Shown here one piece after another: positions 31,075-36,287 of a DNA stretch of 36,287 bases. Numbering within the stretch: position 1 is the stretch's first letter; each line of letters begins with the position of its first letter. Under the pieces are notes generated by a model that saw only the letters and a list, made by a program, of their open reading frames with translations, had not been told where the DNA came from and made no database searches. Both the position numbers and the translations under genes were made by a program. Source of the DNA: Trypethelium eluteriae (Eukaryota); assembly GCA_051942245.1 (NCBI GenBank), contig JAVECL010000204.1:1-36287 (forward strand), written 5' to 3'.

Positions 31075-32268
31075 ATGGAGAAATCCCCGCGTAACCTTGA
31101 GGGCCGATTCGACCAACTTGAAGGACGATTTGACCAACTCGAGGGACGGTTCGACCAAATTGAGGGACGATTTGATCAACTCGAGGGACGGTTCGACCAA
31201 CTCGTGGGACGACTTAACCAACTCGAGGGACGGTTCGACCAGCTCGAGGGACGATTTGATCAACTCGAAGGACGATTTAACCACCTCGAGGGTCGATTTA
31301 ACCACCTCGAGGGTCGATTTGACCAACTTGGAAGACGATTTGATCAACTCGAGGGACGATTTAACCACCTCGAGGGACGATTTGATCAATTTGAGACTGA
31401 AGTTAAAAGTCGATTCAAGGGTCTGGAGGGAAGATCTATAAATATGGCTGCGCAAGAACCCTGGGATGAGATTGTGCCTGCAGAATACAAGAATCTACAT
31501 GAAAATAAGCTCAGCGAAGAGCTCGCGAAAATCCATCCAGACAAACTTGTCAAGTTGTGGCTGCTTTCCCGATTGCGAAATCGTAAGGCATCTGTAGGAC
31601 CGCAATCATATTAAGGCTAATTCTGCTCTACAGACCCGACACTGGTATCCTTGCTCGAGTTCTACGATATCGGAGGTTGGGAAATTTGGGGGCATGAGAA
31701 TCGACTGGTATATGATAGCGACTCGGAGTTTGACGACGTTTTCGACGGAAATCCAACTCTGGCGGCTGCGGTTACGAACTACCCCATGATAGCTCTACGT
31801 GCTCTGGTGAACAGGCTTGGCGTCAATTATGAACGCATAAGAAAACGAATGTCAGAATGGGAAGGGGATCAACGGCGCATAAGGGAACAGAGGTGGGAAC
31901 GAAGTGCTTCTGAAAAAAGGAGACGTGATAGGATGAACAAAAGGCTTGGCCATCGGACAGGACCAAACAAAATTTCCAAACCAACTTCTGGAGGCGAGTC
32001 TCATAATTCAGGTTCTGACAAAATTAGCACCAACAACGCTGACAGCAAACGGCGTGCTCTTCGACTTCCGCTTAAGGATCTCATTGGTCGGGCTGATGAG
32101 GCTAGACCACAGCAGACTTCTGCATCATCAAGTACGCGTATTACATGGAAGCCACCTAGTTTTAGCAAAGGGTCGCAACAGAAAGTTCACGACTTAACCC
32201 AAGCCGCATCAGATATTTCGACAGTTCCTTACACTGAGGAAGAGATGGTAGAATTAAGGCGACGTTAG
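31075..32268 (+). CDS. Two-exon coiled-coil repeat protein (380 aa), possibly with a Mug135-like C-terminal domain
   Basis: ATG at 31075. Intron 31583-31633 (gtaagg..gctaat..cag) joins the two ORFs in frame. The heptad repeat is followed by ...LVSLLEFYDI...ALRALVNRLGV. Confidence 0.75.
31096..31389 (+). repeat. Coding minisatellite, 14 x 21 nt (LEGRFDQ)
   Basis: 14 consecutive units; variants IEGRFDQ, LVGRLNQ, LEGRFNH and LGRRFDQ. Confidence 0.95.
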
Positions 32269-32700
32269 ACCGAAGACTTTAGATTGGACATATGAAGTGA
32301 CTACGATGGAAACGGCAAATCATGGCAGTCTCCATCCGGGTGCATGGGTTAATAAAACCTACGTGCTACAGTACGGACAGGCACGACTGCCGGTAACCAC
32401 AGTCGGTCCTCATTTGTTTTACTCAGACAAATTCAGCAGGCAATAAAAAGGTATTTATCGAGTTTTTACGGCATTGCATCTAAATTTTGTCATCGCCGTG
32501 AATCCTCCAAGACCAGAGTCCTCGATTCGTGATCTCTTTACAAATCGACAGCGTCAAAATCCAACTTAAAAAATGATTGTCTTTCGTATTGATCACGTGA
32601 CGTCACAGCTAATGCGGATCGGGTCAAGTGGAACCGCGAGTCTGTGTTATACGGAGAAGGAGGAGGCAAATATTAGTATACTTTGTTTTGCTGGTCTATT

Positions 32701-35344
32701 CTAGGATGATCTAGCAGTATGCTGATCACTTTCGATCCAATAAAGCGCAGTCCGAAGGACCTTAGTACATGTTTTTATTCCGCATGACATTGGTGCAAAG
32801 TCTTGTAGGATATTAATAGAACTTTTGAGGAGCTCAATGAGTTCTCCTCTTGGAATATATTGGGCATTCAATGAGTCTCGCCAAGATCGATAAAGTACCA
32901 GAAGGACGAGCATATTGCTATAAAGTCTAAGTACGATCAGGTTTCCGAACACATCATGCCATAACTAGGAAGAACCTACATGAATGCTGCCCTATAGACA
33001 TCGGTACCCATCTCTTTCTGTTTCCAAAGCTGGCTGTAGATCCTCGTGCTCAACTTTGCGGCCTTAATGCAGTTTCTCGCAAAAGTTGCGCATCTGTACG
33101 GTTGATGTTGCAGATCGACATTGGACCACTCGCCTGAGTTCATGGAGCGCATTGTCAAGAGCAGATATGGGCGTGACAGCTCGTGTAGAGCCGCAAAATG
33201 CATGGCTCTTACTCGAAGAATGCTTAAAGCCTGCCCCTTGATTTGATCTATCTGTCTATGTAGCAGGAGAAGGGTGATATCAGCGGCATTTTGAGAGATC
33301 TCTGTTGTATCTCTATTGCGATAATGACTAACAATCTTGTATAACTCAATCTGCGCGTGGAAAAATCCATCGTCGTTGTGAGGCAAGCCCATGTTTGCTG
33401 CGTGCTTGCCAAGATCCGAGGTCGGCATGCCTAATTCAGTGTTGCTGATCCTATGAGTTAATAAGTAATTTAGCAACACGCACCAGATGAGACACAAACG
33501 TTTCTAAGATAAAGCAAGTCCAGAACGCGAAACGTGTCTTGTGGATCAATTCATTCCCCGGGAGCGGGAGTTCAGTTCTAAATAGAACTTCTTCTGGAAG
33601 ACTTAGACTATTAGTAAAGAGTAAGACCGTCATGAATCTGCTTACTTTTCTTTTAGAACCAACCAGGCTTCGCAAGCCTTATCTAACCATTGACGGCTTT
33701 CCCATGCTCTTGCAAGGCGACCCATATAAATACTAGCCAGTATGAAGGCCCAGACTTGAAGAAGTGGCCTTTCCGAATCGAATGTCTGTGTCTGGTAGAA
33801 AGCGAAGAAGGTCAGGGTGTCCAGCGAGTGAGCATACAGCTTCAGGCCCGGGATCAGGTCCAAATTTCTTTGATGGCATCCTTGGGACGATGTTGGCGAG
33901 GGGCCGCTCTCAGATACTTTATGCATGCTCTCTGGTCTGTTCGGGCTTGGAAGAGGCCCCTCATGCTCATGAAGTAGACCATTGGCCAGGACAAGAGAGA
34001 TTATTGAATCTGTCAACGTGCGTCCAAGCATCGGAGAGCCTTTTTCGAGTACTAAGGCGCATTTGTCGATAAATTCTGTAAGCCTCTGGTACAGCCAGGA
34101 CATGTCTAAGAAAGGGTAGAGAACGTGAACCTTGGCGATGTAAATCCGGTAAAGGCGATCAGCCGTGGGCTGATCGAAGGTAGACTTAATGTCCATAACA
34201 TCTTTGCCCGAAAGACCGCCGGCTTCTGTAGTCTCGTGGTCATTGGCGGTAGTCGGGATGTCCCCAGTCTGCCCTACACCGTACACCCTAAGTCTCCCCT
34301 GCGACATCTCATGATCCAACTCTTTGAGTCCAAATGGCTGACGTGCCTCGTTGTAGAGTTCATCGACATGCGGCCAAGCCTTCAATGAATTTACACCTGT
34401 ACATTGAGCCGAGATATTGGCAGTCCTTTTGTTTGAACACAATGAGTGTTGTTTCATTGAAAGGGTTGGAATTCGTCGGGATTGCGTCTCGTGTCGCGGG
34501 CAAACAGGTGATGAGGTAAGGTCCGATTTGTCTGAAAGCGATTGAGCGGATAGAGATATGTCGGGTGTGTCTCTCAACCATGAGTACTTTCGTTTGTTTG
34601 GGGCTCGATGATTGCAACTGTCGGATGCCAGCTCCTTTATCTCTCTCAATTAAGCAAGCAGGGCTGGCATATCATCATTTCTGTATGGTGTCTTAGCAAA
34701 TGAGATGATGGCATCGTTAAATGACTGACTTTAGCTCCTTCAACAACGCAAGCACACTTGGCATATCATCACTACTGTATGGTGTTTTAGCAAATGAGAT
34801 GATGGCACCATGAAATGACTGACTTTGGCTCTCTAAACTCTGTGAGCAAGGGTTGTATCATCTTGTCATCTCTGTATGAAGTCTCAGCATTGAGCATGAT
34901 CGAGGTCATGGCATCTGACATATCTCACTTTGGCTCGAGAGGAAGGTCACGGTACATGCACTTGACGTTCCCGCGGCGACACAATTCGCAAGGCTCTCCC
35001 CCAGAGCATCTTGCCTTACGAGATCGACAATAATAGCAGGCCTGAGGAGTCTATTAGAACCTTTTCATGATACAGATAGACACTTATACTATAGCAATGC
35101 GAGATCGCGGTTGCCTTAGATGTGGGTCTGATGGCCATGTTGGTTCCTGAGCGATCTGAACGTAATATGGCTGACCGGTCCAAGACTGGGAAGTCTGCGG
35201 ATGATGGAGCTCTATAGGCAGAGAACGAGCATCTGAGTTCGCGTTCAAATGGTATGGTTGTCCAAACAGAGGATTCGATTGATCGTCGAATATCATACGC
35301 TGTCCACTCAAGGATTGCTGTGTGTCCCACGAATAGCCATCCAT
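32701..35344 (-). pseudogene. Zn(II)2Cys6 transcription factor with fungal TF middle homology region, interrupted by one in-frame stop
   Basis: Exon 35041-34929 encodes ACYYCRSRKARCSGGEPCELCRRGNVKC. Downstream motifs YIAKVHVLYPFLD, IPGL, FWTCFILE..ELGMP. After splicing, TAA at 34652-34650 is in frame (product about 163 aa). The rest of the gene looks intact. Confidence 0.7.
34666..34936 (-). repeat. Tandem intron+exon duplication (period 94 nt; 2 close copies plus 1 diverged)
   Basis: Introns 34823-34775 and 34729-34681 are near-identical 49-mers, each followed by an exon starting xDDMP. Intron 34928-34872 and its exon are a diverged third unit. Confidence 0.85.
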
Positions 35345-36287
35345 TGAGAGGTCAACGTCATGTGCGCCTTGTTTGCCTAATGTTTAGCTTCTAGCAGGCA
35401 GCATGAAAGGGCAAAGTTTGTTGTTAGGGTGTCAATAAAGTTTACTGAGACCATGAGACAATGTCGTTGATGAAATCTGTTACAGCTTACCGGGGATATT
35501 TATGGATAATAGACAGGATCGGGACTAGCGATATGATTCAATACACTGCCGTACTCTTCAATCAATTTACTTGTGTTTAAGGCATAAAAGTCCCCAGATA
35601 CTTTACTCGAAAATGCATCATTCCTGTAGGTTCTTTGAGATGTAATTGCCGAACTGTGTAGCCTCCACAGATTGGCAATACTATTTTGTACCATGGACGA
35701 TAGGATACTGTAGGAAAGGGCGAAAACGGTCGCGGAGTGATCTGGCCAATCTTTCATCCCGATGGCTGATGCAGCTCTTGCAGCAACCCACCATCTTGCA
35801 ATGTCCGTGTCTTAGTGAACATTGACGGTGCGCGCGGGAAGTCTTCCCCTTGGTCAGATGGTCGCATCCTCGACAAGGCCGTGCTGGATCGTCGTACAAT
35901 ACTTAACATTTGCCGTGTAACCCCATTGTCCAATCATTTAACGTACAAGTGATGGTACTCTCTGCCCCAGCCACCAGAAGCGCCTTACCGCTAATTATTG
36001 AGTTATGGTTTGACGCCCATGCCTGTCGATCGGCATTCCAGAAGCTCGCACGGATGTTGCGTGAGCCGGATTCCTTTCCACAGATGGGTGCATTCCGTGA
36101 CAAGCCTAGGGGCCTCGAGTATTATGCGAGATCCATGCCGCCTGCTACTGTTACGAACGCTCCTGACCAAGGACGCGTTGGAGGTAGCCACTACTTGTAG
36201 TGCACCAATCGCGTAACACTGAGCGCGTCTCGCAACAGGAGTAAGCGAGGACGTGGCACGGACGCCTCGACCATCTCGCAGCGAGAT

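Noticed and set aside
31096..31389. Regular short repeats as a CRISPR array
   Set aside because: Head-to-tail 21-nt units with no unique spacers, in frame within a spliced eukaryotic gene.
29108..31455. Antisense and alternate-frame ORFs over the 28902 gene and the heptad repeat
   Set aside because: Shadows of GC-rich coding sequence and of the stop-free repeat.
1..36287. A mobile element (Starship, transposon) call
   Set aside because: No tyrosine recombinase, transposase, reverse transcriptase, terminal repeats or target-site duplication seen within the window; mobility remains only a hypothesis.

Overview
Eukaryotic DNA, almost certainly a filamentous ascomycete: genes are split by short (about 45-70 nt) GT..AG introns with CTRAY-type branch sites, and several Zn(II)2Cys6 proteins are present. 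No housekeeping genes, RNA genes, CRISPR arrays or recognisable transposase/recombinase were seen. The window reads as an accessory island of orphan genes and decaying paralogs. It contains: two proteins sharing an uncharacterised helical domain (same intron position) fused to different C-termini, one of them NLR-like helical+TPR without a P-loop; at least two proteins with a shared 'PGxY...(V/I)PIQ' beta-rich domain; an 'LLHRH' protein; a spliced 7TM protein; a 54-aa Cys/His zinc-finger microprotein missed by the ORF track; four Zn2Cys6-related loci (DNA-binding-domain-only, truncated or decayed); three degenerate 'KLVVW' paralogs; an F-box protein; a Uma2-like PD-(D/E)XK protein; and a 14x heptad-repeat coiled-coil protein. 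All gene models and family calls were made by eye, without database searches.
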